The notes: a model not told the origin generated them from the letters alone. Counted from the first letter of the stretch, positions 30,831 to 42,284 are shown. The stretch: DNA of 64,000 nucleotides from Leptolyngbyaceae cyanobacterium (GCA_965263355.1 CBDHHL010000056.1:2144001-2208000), one strand, 5' to 3'. Made by a program: numbers and translations.

Positions 30831-31178
30831 CGTGTCAAGCAATAAATAATCAAAGAGATATTTATTTACAAAACAAATTGCGCTTTGGTAGCGAAATAGG
30901 CAGAATAGCCTCTGCAAAGACGCAGAAGCTGTGTAAATCTACCTGCCTCTCAGGAAACATTTCAGCTAATTTCTCATAAACGTTGGCAAATCATTAGACG
31001 CCATAACGGCCCTTGAGGAAACTACATAAATGAGCATGAGAAACCTGCGCATTAAAACAGCTCAATGCCTACAAAGCAAAAAAATTTTCAGATTTTCAAA
31101 TTTTATGGGGTCTGCAGACTTACAAGCATCTACTAATGCCCCAATCCATACACCAAAAGCTCTGTTTCAAGATTAACT

Positions 31179-31224
31179 AACTGAACGACTTAGCATCTTG
31201 CAAACTGAACGACTTAGCATCTTG
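31179..31224 (+). repeat. 22-bp direct repeat, 24-bp period
   Basis: AACTGAACGACTTAGCATCTTG at 31179-31200 and 31203-31224. Confidence 0.9.
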
Positions 31225-31274
31225 AAAATGGCATACTATTTTTCGCAGAAGGCAGGGAAAATAATGATTAAAAG

Positions 31275-31835
31275 TCAATTATTTACAATGCCAATATTAT
31301 TAGATATAAGTTGCTCTTTGCTAACTGAAAAAGACTCATCACAGGTATTTTCTAACTCCCTTGGCACAGGTCGAAAAAGAGATAAAACGCCCGTTTGACA
31401 ACCTAAATCTTGTACTCGTTCAATGACTGGGACAAATTCTTGATCGGTCGTTACTAATAATGCATAGTCATAGTTTTTCATTGATGCATGATAAACCATG
31501 TCTGAAACAAGATGAACGTCTACCCCTTTTTCACTATAGTTGCCATCTCCAGTTGGAATCGCATACCCCAAGACAATTTTGGAAGTTTGCAATATGTCCT
31601 GACCATGCTCATTTTCAAACCAGGCTAAATGGGGTTCACAGGTATAGAAAAATGTTCTGATTAATTGGCGGCTTTCAAGAAACATTTCACCAATCCAATG
31701 AATCGGTTTAATAATCTTAATTGCGGCTCCATTAATACAATATCGAAAATTTGATCCATCGATAAATACCATCGCTCTTTGCACTTGTAGCGCAGGCGAT
31801 CTCAGTTTTATGTTGCCATCATAGGCTCGATACAT
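31275..31835 (-). CDS. NYN-domain (LabA/DUF88) PIN-fold protein
   Basis: VFIDGSN, EKGVDV.L..D and LVTTDQEFVP motifs. Confidence 0.88.
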   Translation of the reverse strand: MYRAYDGNIKLRSPALQVQRAMVFIDGSNFRYCINGAAIKIIKPIHWIGEMFLESRQLIRTFFYTCEPHLAWFENEHGQDILQTSKIVLGYAIPTGDGNYSEKGVDVHLVSDMVYHASMKNYDYALLVTTDQEFVPVIERVQDLGCQTGVLSLFRPVPRELENTCDESFSVSKEQLISNNIGIVNN

Positions 31836-32085
31836 AAATATGAGTCCTAATAGTTATAGTTAGGCATTAAGGATTAAATACCTTGTGCCACTCATAAACA
31901 AAATTAATAACTTCCTGATGTCGATTAATTAGACCATCATCAAGTATCTAATCGATGACGGCCTTACCTAATAAAATTACTCACCACGGCAGCGCAGGCG
32001 AATAACCTTCATTTTTTTGTCTGACTAAACCCAAAGACAAGCGTAACGAATGCTGAGTTCCTGGTTTAGCGGCTTAAACCAAATA

Positions 32086-32157
<72 letters not shown>

Positions 32158-32160
32158 TGG

Positions 32161-32245
32161 TGGTGGGCCGTGTTGGATTCGAACCAACGTAGGCGTAGCC
32201 AGCGGATTTACAGTCCGCCCCCATTAACCACTCGGGCAACGACCC
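32161..32245 (-). tRNA. trnY: tRNA-Tyr(GTA)
   Basis: GGGTCGTTGCCCGAGTGGTTAATGGGGGCGGACTGTAAATCCGC...GTTCGAATCC...CCCACCA; long variable arm. Confidence 0.97.
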
Positions 32246-32271
32246 ACATACTAGTCGGCAGTAGCCGACAA

Positions 32272-32344
32272 TGCCAGGAGGCGGACTTGAACCGCCGACA
32301 CGAGGATTTTCAGTCCACTGCTCTACCAACTGAGCTATCCCGGC
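32272..32344 (-). tRNA. trnF: tRNA-Phe(GAA)
   Basis: GCCGGGATAGCTCAGTTGGTAGAGCAGTGGACTGAAAATCCTCGTGTCGGCGGTTCAAGTCCGCCTCCTGGCA. Confidence 0.97.
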
Positions 32345-32521
32345 AACAAGCGGCATAACCGCCTTTGCTTGCGCGCCTAAACAAGTTAGCAAAAGAGTGG
32401 AACCCTTAGCAAGCTAAAACCTGGAATCTTTTTACCCCAACCTAGAACACTCACTAAGCAGAGGCTCTAGTTAGGGTAAACCCAAAGAGCATGCGATTGA
32501 GAGGAGTGGCGAAATCTTACG

Positions 32522-32977
32522 CTATTCCTCAATCTCGCGAAGACGAGCTAGCTTCAGCGAGAATGTTCCGGTGCCCTGTCCTGCATAAGACCTTACTCTT
32601 ACAGTATACTGACCAGATTTTGAGATGCGCGCAAATAGCAATGAGTTGGTAGAGCCGTCTGGGCCATCATCATTTTCACTCACAGTTGTACCGTCATCTC
32701 CTAGCAGACTCACTAGGGTATCGAACTCTTCAGAAATAACGTCAATGGTAATTTGATCTCCGTCAAACAATTCGACGGTATAGTCCCTGGCAAAACCACC
32801 GACTCCAGTAGGAATATCACTCTCAGAGAGCGTATCGTTAATTTCACGACCTCCAGCTAGCTCGATGGGGTTATAAATTTGAGCAATAGCACTTCTACCA
32901 GCGCTTACTAGACTGAACGCCAACAGCGTTGTGGGAATTAACAGAGCACGACACAAAATTTTCCTAGATTGCTTCAT
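32522..32977 (-). CDS. PPC (pre-peptidase C-terminal) domain protein, exported
   Basis: Signal peptide; FDT...L.......ENDDG.DG.TNS......G.YTVRV motif. Confidence 0.85.
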   Translation of the reverse strand: MKQSRKILCRALLIPTTLLAFSLVSAGRSAIAQIYNPIELAGGREINDTLSESDIPTGVGGFARDYTVELFDGDQITIDVISEEFDTLVSLLGDDGTTVSENDDGPDGSTNSLLFARISKSGQYTVRVRSYAGQGTGTFSLKLARLREIEE

Positions 32978-33066
32978 GATTGGGAGAGAGACGGATTAAT
33001 TTGATGGTGCCATTATGCCCCAACTCAGGATGGCATTGTGTCGCTAAACCAGCTCGTAATGAATGA

Positions 33067-33567
33067 ATGCCCACTATGCCCCTTTCTAATCCTTCCCCAA
33101 GTACATCGGAACGTAATTCTCAGTTGACTCTACAGCGGCTGCGCAATATTAGTCACGTCCTGGATAATGCGATCGCAATTCCCGGTCTTGGGTATCGAGT
33201 CGGCCTAGACCCTCTGATTGGTCTATTACCCGGTGGTGGTGATTTAATGGCTGGACTCATATCTATCTACATTGTGGCTGAAGCAGCCAGATTAGGCGTA
33301 CCAGCGGCCACATTGGGCCGCATGGGATTCAACATCTTGGCAGAGGTAGTTATGGGGACCATCCCTATGTTCGGGGACTTATTTGATGTCGCCTGGAAAG
33401 CCAACGCTCGTAATGTGGCCCTCCTAGAACGGCATATTCACCACCCCATCCCCAGCCGCCGGGTAGACAAACTATTAGCAATTGTCTTGATTATAGGATT
33501 ACTCACTGTGGTCATCGGAGCGGCGACTCTATCCCTATTGTTTGTGCGCTGGGTCCTGCAGCTGTAG
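33067..33567 (+). CDS. DUF4112 membrane protein
   Basis: LDNAIAIPG...RVGLDPLIGLLPGGGD...GDLFDVAWKANARN. Confidence 0.9.
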   Translation: MPTMPLSNPSPSTSERNSQLTLQRLRNISHVLDNAIAIPGLGYRVGLDPLIGLLPGGGDLMAGLISIYIVAEAARLGVPAATLGRMGFNILAEVVMGTIPMFGDLFDVAWKANARNVALLERHIHHPIPSRRVDKLLAIVLIIGLLTVVIGAATLSLLFVRWVLQL

Positions 33568-33609
33568 GATAATAAGCCTGTTAACATGCCTGTGGAATAA
33601 AGGAATTAC

Positions 33610-34659
33610 ATGGTTGGAGCAGCCGATTTTGTAGCCGATATCACCCAAGGCGGCACTGGCCAAGACGTCACGCTCGACTTTAAGATTCCTGACCCCAATG
33701 ATGACAACCTCTCTGAGCAAGATTTTCACCATCAGATTGAGGTTGCTTGGCAAGTATGTGATCGATTTGATTTACAAACTGATATTTGGCGGGGTCGTAT
33801 TCTAAGGGCGGTGCGCGAGCGCGAAAAGCAAGGTGGCGATGGTCGCGGCACTGGTTTTTTAAATTGGTTAAAAGAGCGAGAAATTAGCAAAAGCCAGGCT
33901 TATGCCTTAATTGAACTCGGAAATAGTGCTGACGAGTTACTCAAAGATGGCCTCCTCAACGAACAATCTGTAAATCAATTTAGTAAACGTGCCTTTGTAG
34001 AAACATCCCAGGCGGCCCCAGAAGTTCAGCAAATGGTGACTGAAGCAGCCCGTCGCGGCGAACAAATTACCCGTAAAGAAGTCAAACAATTGGCCGATGA
34101 ATGGACCGCTATGACCTCTGACCTCATTCCAGAAACCGTCAGGGAAAAAGCCGCTAACAATACCATTCCGACACGGTATCTGACTCCATTGGTGAAAGAA
34201 ATGGAAAAGCTCCCCCCTAACCATCAGGACACACTACGCACAGAAGCGGCTCGCAATCCAGATGTAGACACCCTTAAACAAATCACCTCAGAAGCCCGAT
34301 ACCTGTCTAAGTACATTGCCGCCGCGAGCCAGGTACAAACCATCGACCCAGACATTGTCAACTTAGAACAAGCCCTTGAGGAAGCCCTACGGATAGGATG
34401 CTTGAACTCCACGGCAGATTTGGTAAACCAAGCTACCCAGTTAGAACAGGCAACTGCCAAACTTTATACTGCCTGGAAACGACTTAATAAACTCGCAGAA
34501 CGCGTCTATGTTGATAGTGGCGAAAGCACTCCCCATTTGCGATCGCTCCTCAGTTCCTTAGCCCCACTCACCAATGAAATCATTGAAATCCAACTTGGCA
34601 ACGCCAACAGCCCATCTACCAAGACAATTCGGCTACAAGTTCTAGGGGAAATTGAGTAG
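33610..34659 (+). CDS. conserved cyanobacterial hypothetical protein
   Basis: 349 aa; AWQVCDRFDLQTDIWRGRILRAVR..EK.GG..RG.GFLNWL block recognised as cyanobacteria-conserved. Function unknown. Confidence 0.8.
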   Translation: MVGAADFVADITQGGTGQDVTLDFKIPDPNDDNLSEQDFHHQIEVAWQVCDRFDLQTDIWRGRILRAVREREKQGGDGRGTGFLNWLKEREISKSQAYALIELGNSADELLKDGLLNEQSVNQFSKRAFVETSQAAPEVQQMVTEAARRGEQITRKEVKQLADEWTAMTSDLIPETVREKAANNTIPTRYLTPLVKEMEKLPPNHQDTLRTEAARNPDVDTLKQITSEARYLSKYIAAASQVQTIDPDIVNLEQALEEALRIGCLNSTADLVNQATQLEQATAKLYTAWKRLNKLAERVYVDSGESTPHLRSLLSSLAPLTNEIIEIQLGNANSPSTKTIRLQVLGEIE

Positions 34660-34893
34660 ATGTTGAGTGGATCTCAATCAATTAGATAAAAATTCTAAAT
34701 AGATCACTCCAGAACACCCGAAAACACAAACTGTAACGGCACTTTAATAGCATGTATAAATATTTTTACAATGCTAATAGGGTGTAAAGTGTGAAATCAG
34801 GTGTCAATATTTAAGTTAGCTGCAGCATTTGTGCTAGACCGCAACTTAGGTATGGGCAGCAAGTGATTATTGTAATGCAGGAATTGGACAGAT

Positions 34894-35589
34894 ATGCCGC
34901 AGCTTGAGGCTAGCCCAGCGCTTGACTTCCAAAGTGAAGCGTACAAGGATGCATACAGTCGCATCAACGCCATCGTTATTGAAGGGGAATTGGAAGCTAA
35001 CGATAATTATAAAAAGTTAGCCGAATACTTAAGCGAGCACAAGGAAGATTTGATTAAGCTAGCTCGCATGGAAAATCGTCATATGAAAGGGTTTCAAGCC
35101 TGTGGTAAAAACCTGAATGTGACACCTGATATGGTCTTTGCAAAGAAGTTCTTTGCTCAGCTACACGATAATTTTAAGCAGGCCTGGGATGAGGGTAAAC
35201 TTGTCACTTGCTTACTGATTCAATCCCTAATTATTGAAACCTTTGCCATATCGGCTTACAACATTTACATTCCCGTGGCAGATGACTTTGCACGGAAAAT
35301 TACCGAAGGTGTTGTTAAAGACGAATACATGCACCTCAACTTTGGCGAAGAATGGCTTAAGGCCAACTTTGAGACGGCTAAAGCTGAACTAGAAGAAGCT
35401 AATCGTCAGAATTTACCTTTGGTTTGGCAAATGCTAAATCAAGTGGCTGATGATGCCGCTGTTCTAGGCATGGAAAAAGACGCTTTGGTAGAAGATTTCA
35501 TGATTACTTACGGTGAAGCTTTGAGTAATATCGGGTTTACCAACCGCGAAGTCATGCGTCTCTCTGCCCAAGGTCTGGCCATGGCATAA
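34894..35589 (+). CDS. ado: aldehyde-deformylating oxygenase
   Basis: [16 protein letters not shown], with ENRH and DEYMH di-iron motifs. Confidence 0.98.
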   Translation: MPQLEASPALDFQSEAYKDAYSRINAIVIEGELEANDNYKKLAEYLSEHKEDLIKLARMENRHMKGFQACGKNLNVTPDMVFAKKFFAQLHDNFKQAWDEGKLVTCLLIQSLIIETFAISAYNIYIPVADDFARKITEGVVKDEYMHLNFGEEWLKANFETAKAELEEANRQNLPLVWQMLNQVADDAAVLGMEKDALVEDFMITYGEALSNIGFTNREVMRLSAQGLAMA

Positions 35590-35605
35590 AATTCATCATT
35601 TAATA

Positions 35606-35636
35606 GGGGGCTGAGCATTGGGCCAGCCTCTTTTTT
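35606..35636 (+). terminator. hairpin plus U-tract between ado and aar
   Basis: GGGGCTG...CAGCCTC followed by TTTTTT. Confidence 0.6.
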
Positions 35637-35734
35637 ATAGTGAGTTACGTCATCTGTGTCTCTCACATAAACCACATCACTGTAACGTTTTGTTGTAGTC
35701 TATGTTTCTAAGATTCTTTTTAGAAGTAGCCTAA

Positions 35735-36757
35735 ATGTTTGGTTTAATCGGTCATCTAACGAACCTAGAACACGCTCAATCGGTTGCCCATGCATTGGGA
35801 TATCCAGAATATGCAGATCAAGGCCTTGACTTCTGGTGCAGTGCTCCGCCACAGATTGTAGACAACATCAAGGTGACTAGTGTGACTGGCCAAGTGATCG
35901 AAGGCCGCTATGTAGAGTCTTGCTTTCTACCTGAAATGCTGGCTTCAAGACGGATCAAGGCAGCTACTCGAAAAATCCTCAATGCTATGGCCCACGCCCA
36001 GAAGCATGGCATTAATATCACCGCTCTGGGAGGATTTTCATCAATTATTTTTGAAAATTTTAAGCTGGATCAAATCAAACGTGTTCGTAACCTAGAGCTT
36101 GACTTTAGTCGTTTCACCACAGGTAATACCCACACAGCCTATGTGATTTGCAAGCAGGTCGAGGATGCTGCCCCTAGCTATGGCATTGATCTTTCTACAG
36201 CCACGGTAGCCGTTTGCGGTGCCACTGGAGATATCGGCAGTGCTGTTTGCCGTTGGCTAAGTCAGAAAAGTGGCATAAAAGAATTATTACTCATTGCTCG
36301 AAACCAAGAACGATTGAATAATCTGAAGAATGAGATTGGTATAGGCAAAATTATTGGGTTGGCAGATGCCCTACCCATCGCTGATATTGTTGTTTGGGTT
36401 GCCAGCATGCCTAAAAGCATCAACATTGACCCATCTACCTTAAAGCGACCTTGCTTAATGATTGACGGGGGCTATCCTAAGAATTTGGACAGTAAGTTTA
36501 CTCATCCTGATATTCATATTCTGAAAGGCGGTATTGTCGAACATAGCCTGGATATAGATTGGCAGATCATGAACATCGTAGCGATGGATGTTCCTGCCCG
36601 ACAGTTATTTGCCTGTTTTGCAGAATCAATGCTGTTGGAATTTGAGAAATGGCATACGAATTTCTCTTGGGGAAGAAATCAGATCACACTTGAGAAGATG
36701 GAAAAAATTGGAGCATCTTCTGTGAAGCATGGATTCCAACCCTTGCTGACAAGTTAA
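35735..36757 (+). CDS. aar: long-chain acyl-ACP reductase
   Basis: [26 protein letters not shown] and FACFAE. Confidence 0.98.
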   Translation: MFGLIGHLTNLEHAQSVAHALGYPEYADQGLDFWCSAPPQIVDNIKVTSVTGQVIEGRYVESCFLPEMLASRRIKAATRKILNAMAHAQKHGINITALGGFSSIIFENFKLDQIKRVRNLELDFSRFTTGNTHTAYVICKQVEDAAPSYGIDLSTATVAVCGATGDIGSAVCRWLSQKSGIKELLLIARNQERLNNLKNEIGIGKIIGLADALPIADIVVWVASMPKSINIDPSTLKRPCLMIDGGYPKNLDSKFTHPDIHILKGGIVEHSLDIDWQIMNIVAMDVPARQLFACFAESMLLEFEKWHTNFSWGRNQITLEKMEKIGASSVKHGFQPLLTS

Positions 36758-36862
36758 GCCTACTTATCCTTGGCTACTTGCTTCCTTTAAAGCGGCGATT
36801 AATGTATTTTGAGGGGCAGTTTGCGCTAGGGTGGAATCACTGCTGGAGTACCTAAACCCGTA

Positions 36863-37843
36863 ATGGCAACAACTGAACGAAAGGCTATTTTACTGGATTT
36901 TGAAAAGCCTTTGGCTGAATTAGAGTCTCGAATTTTGCAGATACGGGCATTGGCCGAGGACAATGATGTCGACGTTTCAGCTCAAATTCAGCAGCTCGAA
37001 TCAAGGGCACAACAACTAAGGCAGGAGATTTTTACTAGTCTGACACCGGCTCAGCGGATCCAGGTTGCCCGTCATCCACGTCGACCCAGTACACTTGACT
37101 ATATCCAAGCGATTTCAGATGAGTGGATAGAGCTGCATGGTGATCGTCGTTCTGGGAAAGATGATTTAGCATTGGTGGGAGGTATTGCCCGCTTTCACGG
37201 CCATTCAGTTGTCATGCTAGGTCATCAAAAAGGTAGGGATACCAAAGACAATGTTGCTCGTAATTTTGGCATGGCCTCTCCTGGAGGATACCGCAAAGCT
37301 ATGCGCCTCATGGAGCATGCAAATCGGTTTAAGATGCCTATTTTTACCTTTATCGATACTCCCGGAGCTTGGGCTGGTTTAGAAGCTGAAGAAATGGGTC
37401 AAGGTGAGGCAATTGCCCATAACCTTCGGGAAATGTTTCGGCTAGACAGTCCAATTATTTGTACCGTTATTGGAGAAGGTGGATCTGGCGGAGCATTGGG
37501 GATCGGTGTAGGTGATCGTCTAATTATGTTTGAGCACTCAGTTTACACCGTTGCTAGTCCTGAAGCCTGTGCCGCTATTTTATGGAAAGACGCATCACGG
37601 TCATCGCAAGCAGCAGAGGCTCTAAAAATTACCGCCTGGGATTTGAAAAATTTGGGTATTTTGGATCATCTGTTGCCTGAACCTACTGGCGGAGCCCACG
37701 CCAACCCAATTAAGGCTGCTGAAAGTCTGGAATCAGCACTTTTAGAAATCCTTGAGGTGTTACTTGCTATGTCACCAGAGCAACGGAGACAAGAGCGCTA
37801 TCATAAGTTTCGACAAATTGGAGTATTTTCAGAAGCTGCCTAA
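36863..37843 (+). CDS. accA: acetyl-CoA carboxylase carboxyltransferase alpha subunit
   Basis: [22 protein letters not shown] and GEGGSGGA. Confidence 0.98.
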   Translation: MATTERKAILLDFEKPLAELESRILQIRALAEDNDVDVSAQIQQLESRAQQLRQEIFTSLTPAQRIQVARHPRRPSTLDYIQAISDEWIELHGDRRSGKDDLALVGGIARFHGHSVVMLGHQKGRDTKDNVARNFGMASPGGYRKAMRLMEHANRFKMPIFTFIDTPGAWAGLEAEEMGQGEAIAHNLREMFRLDSPIICTVIGEGGSGGALGIGVGDRLIMFEHSVYTVASPEACAAILWKDASRSSQAAEALKITAWDLKNLGILDHLLPEPTGGAHANPIKAAESLESALLEILEVLLAMSPEQRRQERYHKFRQIGVFSEAA

Positions 37844-38147
37844 TCATTTCTCTCAAAAGAGGCTTTAGTCAGTTACTTAAGCATTTGCCAACGTGTTTGG
37901 TGACGCTTATACTGCTTAAAAACTATCGATTAACTCTATTTTTATTTTATTGCTGCTCATAATCTCTGAGAAATTCAAAGATTAATGAGAGTCATGTAAG
38001 TTGTTGTCATGTAGACACAAGCCTTACAAAATTTAAACTTAGCCATATCAGCAAAAATCTCTTATCTTTGAAGGAACACATTTCTCGCAACATTTGTTAA
38101 CATTAATTTTGAGCTAATTCCTATTGTTGCCCCCTTGACACTTCTTG

Positions 38148-38876
38148 ATGAATACTGCTCCTAACCGTCGCGCATTAATTACAGGTGCTAGCACTGGTAT
38201 CGGTCGTGCTACTGCTCTAGCCTTTGCACAAGCTGGATTTGATTTGGCCTTGGTCAGTCGTTCAACCGATAAGCTGCGACAATTAACGGATGAAATTGAT
38301 GCGATTTCACCCGTTAATGCTCAAATTTTCTCCATAGATTTGGGAGTCATTGAGCAGGTTAAGGATGACGTCACTGAGCTATTAGATAGCTTTGGTCCTA
38401 TTGATGTCTTGGTTAATAATGCTGGCATGGGTTACACGGGGGAACTGAATCAGATGCCCCTAGATGATTGGTGTCAAGTCATCAACTTGAATGTTACCAG
38501 TGTTTTTCAATGTATTCAGGCAGTGCTTCCAGGCATGCGAGATCGCGGTAGCGGCATGATTATCAATGTGGCCTCAATCGCTGCTCGCCAAGCTTTTCCT
38601 GAGTGGGGTGCCTATGGCATCAGTAAAGCAGCCGTTGTTGCTTTATCCAAAGCGATTTCGGTAGAAGAGCGCAGCCATGGCATTCGGGTAGTCACTATTC
38701 TGCCAGGCGCTGTCAACACACCACTCTGGGATACAGAAACAGTTCAAGCTGACTTTGACCGCTCTGGTATGCTTACGCCTGATTTAGTAGCAAACGCCAT
38801 TCTGCAGACTGCGCTACTCCCTCCCGGAGCTGTAGTCGAAGAGCTAACAATCATGCCAAGTGGAGGCACTCTGTGA
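38148..38876 (+). CDS. SDR-family oxidoreductase
   Basis: TGASTGIG, NNAG and YGISK motifs; conserved position between accA and folE. Confidence 0.93.
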   Translation: MNTAPNRRALITGASTGIGRATALAFAQAGFDLALVSRSTDKLRQLTDEIDAISPVNAQIFSIDLGVIEQVKDDVTELLDSFGPIDVLVNNAGMGYTGELNQMPLDDWCQVINLNVTSVFQCIQAVLPGMRDRGSGMIINVASIAARQAFPEWGAYGISKAAVVALSKAISVEERSHGIRVVTILPGAVNTPLWDTETVQADFDRSGMLTPDLVANAILQTALLPPGAVVEELTIMPSGGTL

Positions 38877-38977
38877 TTTCTTAACGCATATTGCCCCTGA
38901 CCAAGCTATGTTGGCCATTTTTTGTCTTGCTTACAAAAGCAAATTTTTTCTCATCTAGCAGTTAATCCACCCACACC

Positions 38978-39691
38978 ATGGTTATTTCTACTAACGGTTC
39001 TAGCAACAGCTCTAAGGCTAATAATCTGCTCAATGGTAAATCCCTAGAGGCTGCCATCCGCCCTGATCGATTAAAAAACAAGGGACATGAAGCACTACTC
39101 CAAGAACCTTCTGCCGATAATGAAAAACTGATGCAAGCAGTCCACACCATGCTGTCTGAACTCGGTGAAGATCCTGAGCGAGAAGGATTACTCAAAACGC
39201 CTAAACGGGTAGCAGAAGCGATGCGTTTTCTCACTCAAGGGTATACCCAATCCCTAGAGACTATAGTTAATAACGCTATCTTTGATGAAGGCCACAACGA
39301 AATGGTATTAGTACGTGATATCAATTTCTTTAGCCTTTGCGAACACCACATGCTGCCGTTTATGGGTCGGGCTCACGTTGCATACATTCCTACGCAAAAA
39401 GTGGTTGGGCTTAGTAAACTAGCGCGCATTGTTGAAATGTACTCCCAGCGACTACAGGTACAAGAACGGCTAACACGCCAGGTAGCTGAAGCTATTAGCG
39501 AAATACTAGAGCCCCAAGGTGTAGCAGTGGTCATGGAAGCCAGCCACATGTGTATGGCAATGCGTGGTGTTCAAAAGCCAGGTTCTTGGACGGTCACCAG
39601 TGCCATGCTCGGCGTCTTCCAAAATGACCAGAAAACCCGCGAAGAGTTTTTAAGTTTAATTCGCCATCAGCCCGCATTCTCTAATTATTAA
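38978..39691 (+). CDS. folE: GTP cyclohydrolase I
   Basis: [30 protein letters not shown] and HMCMAMRG. Confidence 0.98.
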   Translation: MVISTNGSSNSSKANNLLNGKSLEAAIRPDRLKNKGHEALLQEPSADNEKLMQAVHTMLSELGEDPEREGLLKTPKRVAEAMRFLTQGYTQSLETIVNNAIFDEGHNEMVLVRDINFFSLCEHHMLPFMGRAHVAYIPTQKVVGLSKLARIVEMYSQRLQVQERLTRQVAEAISEILEPQGVAVVMEASHMCMAMRGVQKPGSWTVTSAMLGVFQNDQKTREEFLSLIRHQPAFSNY

Positions 39692-39882
39692 AGAAGAGCA
39701 AGAAATCCGGAAGAAATTACTTACTCAGGCTTTCTCTAGGAAAAGCAACGATACAGTGGTGTAGATCTCGTCGACAGGAACCCACTTCTATCGACTATAT
39801 TCTATTTGAACAACAGATTGCTTAGTAGCAGTCTGCCATGTTTGTACCCTCAACTGTGATTTATTAGGAGTAAGCGGAGCCT

Positions 39883-40353
39883 ATGAGTCCTCTAAATGTT
39901 GAAACGGCTGGCGAAACAATTAGCACTGGGGTTGAAAGCTTCCAAGCTAGCCATATAGACGTGATTGAAACCGTCATTGCCAGCCTGGACCAGGGGGGTG
40001 ATGCGATGGTTAGCCGTGATGATGACGGCTATCTCTGGAAATTCACCTACGGCAGTGTAACTGTGTACGTTCAACTGACAGGCACAGATGATGAGGACAG
40101 CTTAACTGTCTGGTCCACCTTGCTAAAGCTGCCAGTGGCGAATCAAACTACTTTGATGCAAGAGTTATTGGCCATGAACTGTGGGGAAACCTTCGAGGCC
40201 TGTTTTGGCATTTCCAACCAAGACGTTTTAGTCTTAGCCAGTCGTATCCTTGCCGATATTAATCCTGGTGAAATTTCTCGGTTAATGACTATTGTCGCCA
40301 CTATCGCTGATGACATGGATGATGTACTCAAGGAGAAATATCCTACAGCTTAG
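39883..40353 (+). CDS. YbjN/T3SS-chaperone-fold protein
   Basis: WKFTYGSVTVYVQLTG...EISRL.T.VA.IAD..D pattern. Confidence 0.8.
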   Translation: MSPLNVETAGETISTGVESFQASHIDVIETVIASLDQGGDAMVSRDDDGYLWKFTYGSVTVYVQLTGTDDEDSLTVWSTLLKLPVANQTTLMQELLAMNCGETFEACFGISNQDVLVLASRILADINPGEISRLMTIVATIADDMDDVLKEKYPTA

Positions 40354-40356
40354 ATT

Positions 40357-41133
40357 ATGAATGCACTATGGCGGCTCATTGCTCCCATTCATGCCTCAGG
40401 TGTTACTCAAATGGCCATCGACGATTGGCTTTTAGAGCAACACCGCTTAGGCCATGGGTCACCCTGTCTCAGGTTTTACACCTGGAACCCCATTGCCATT
40501 TCCCTGGGTTATCACCAAAACCATTACCCAGATCATTGGAATTCATTGCAATGGCATGACCAGGCAATTGATCTTGTCAAACGTCCCAGTGGTGGACGAG
40601 CTGTGCTTCATCAAGGAGATTTAACTTATAGCCTAGTGATTTCTGGGTACAGTGGCCGTCGTCAAAATATTTATGCCCAGCTATGTCAGTTTTTAATAGA
40701 GGGCTTGAATCATTTGGGAATTGCTCTGTCTTTAGGGGCTGACAAAGGTAATTATCAGCGTTCTCACAACTGCTTTGGTACAACTACTTCAGCCGATCTT
40801 GTTATGCCAAATGGATATAAGGTGATTGGCAGTGCCCAACTTTACCGTGATAGCTGTGTTTTACAGCATGGTTCCATTAGGCTTAGCCCTAACCCTGACT
40901 TAGTACACACAGTATTTGGTCACCACATCTCTCCTCCTCCATCTCTGGCTAAACTCCTATCAACGGATATTGTTGAAGCGCTAACAACGGCAGCTGAAAA
41001 CAGATTCAATATCAGGTTTGCAGAACAGCCACTTTCTCCAGAAGAGAAAACTCAAGCCATAAATTGGGCTCAAACCAAAGCCTCAGAACTGGGCTTAACG
41101 GCCTCTCGATCAGTAGATAAGGCTGATAATTAG
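40357..41133 (+). CDS. lipoate-protein ligase A family protein
   Basis: QMAID, LRFY.W, RPSGGRAVLH, KVIGSAQ and LQHGS. Confidence 0.92.
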   Translation: MNALWRLIAPIHASGVTQMAIDDWLLEQHRLGHGSPCLRFYTWNPIAISLGYHQNHYPDHWNSLQWHDQAIDLVKRPSGGRAVLHQGDLTYSLVISGYSGRRQNIYAQLCQFLIEGLNHLGIALSLGADKGNYQRSHNCFGTTTSADLVMPNGYKVIGSAQLYRDSCVLQHGSIRLSPNPDLVHTVFGHHISPPPSLAKLLSTDIVEALTTAAENRFNIRFAEQPLSPEEKTQAINWAQTKASELGLTASRSVDKADN

Positions 41134-41153
41134 CATAAGCTCAGGGCTATAAA

Positions 41154-42284
41154 CTATTCTACAACAGCTCCACAAATAGCTTCGGTTGGAACAAAACAGA
41201 CATCTTTGACCAACTGCAAGTGCTGCAATTGTTTCTGTAGACGTTCGGTCAGTCCTACTAACAAGCTAGTGGTTACGATAGTACTGACAGGCACTATAGT
41301 CGGTAGCCAGTAATTGTGATAAAAAGCGACAAAGACCAAACCGCTCCACATAACGACAATTGTTAGATTTACTAACAGGTGAACTTTATAACATCGATAA
41401 AATAATTTGTGCCCCAATAGAGGGCTCAGGAGCATAAGCACTAATAAAACAGGTAAAATAATTGGCTTTAGATGATTTTGAGCTAGCAAGTTATTGGCAG
41501 CTACAATGTGTTGATAAACCCCTGCAGTTGGTGGACTTTGATTATAAGGAGTCGCCATAGAATCCAGATCCACTCCTGTATAACCAATAAAAACAATTTT
41601 GTTTGCAAAGGTCGTCGCTGGGACTTCTCCAGTTAGTACATCAACAAATGAGTAGCGTGGAGCACTGTGGGCAAACCCACGCCAGTTAAGCCATAGGTTC
41701 TGATGGAAACTTCTAGCCGATGCCAATATATGTGGCTGAACCTGACCATATTGCTTCACCACCGCAATACTCAAGGCTGGAATACCGTTGATTTTAGGAT
41801 AGTAGTTACGAGTAATGCCATCGTCATCAGCGTGATGATGAATATGTCCAGTTGCGATCGCACCTTCCACAACACCAGCATTAGGACCAATCACGCCCCG
41901 TTGTTCATCCCAGGCCGTTGCCAAGACAACATTGCCATGACGTACCATTGCTTCAGCAAATGTAGCATCATGAGTAGTGGATTCTGCAAACAGGATATCA
42001 AAAGCAATAACACTGGATTCAGCAGCAATCAGTTTATTTAACAGCTCAGTGTAGTAGTGACGTGGCCAAGGAAATGCACCAATGGCTGCCAAACTAGGTT
42101 CATCAATTTCAATCACCGTTACTCGGTCATCCCATGACTGTTCACCTCTAACTTGAAATAAAAAGCGATAAATACCGTGCTCTAAGGATTGCCAAACGCC
42201 CATACGGGCAGTTGTGAGTGTTAATCCTGCTGCTAACAGCCCAGGCAATAAGCGCCAACCCGATTTGTATAGCCAATGCTTCAT
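41154..42284 (-). CDS. CHASE2-domain membrane protein with no output domain
   Basis: IEIDEPSL..IG.FPWPR, FDILF and KIVFIG motifs, three TM helices, then only a ~30-aa tail. Start ATG 42284. Confidence 0.85.
   Translation of the reverse strand: MKHWLYKSGWRLLPGLLAAGLTLTTARMGVWQSLEHGIYRFLFQVRGEQSWDDRVTVIEIDEPSLAAIGAFPWPRHYYTELLNKLIAAESSVIAFDILFAESTTHDATFAEAMVRHGNVVLATAWDEQRGVIGPNAGVVEGAIATGHIHHHADDDGITRNYYPKINGIPALSIAVVKQYGQVQPHILASARSFHQNLWLNWRGFAHSAPRYSFVDVLTGEVPATTFANKIVFIGYTGVDLDSMATPYNQSPPTAGVYQHIVAANNLLAQNHLKPIILPVLLVLMLLSPLLGHKLFYRCYKVHLLVNLTIVVMWSGLVFVAFYHNYWLPTIVPVSTIVTTSLLVGLTERLQKQLQHLQLVKDVCFVPTEAICGAVVE

Noticed and set aside
30900..32085. Prophage or ICE integrated at tRNA-Thr
   Set aside because: No integrase and no duplicated tRNA 3' end (att) found.
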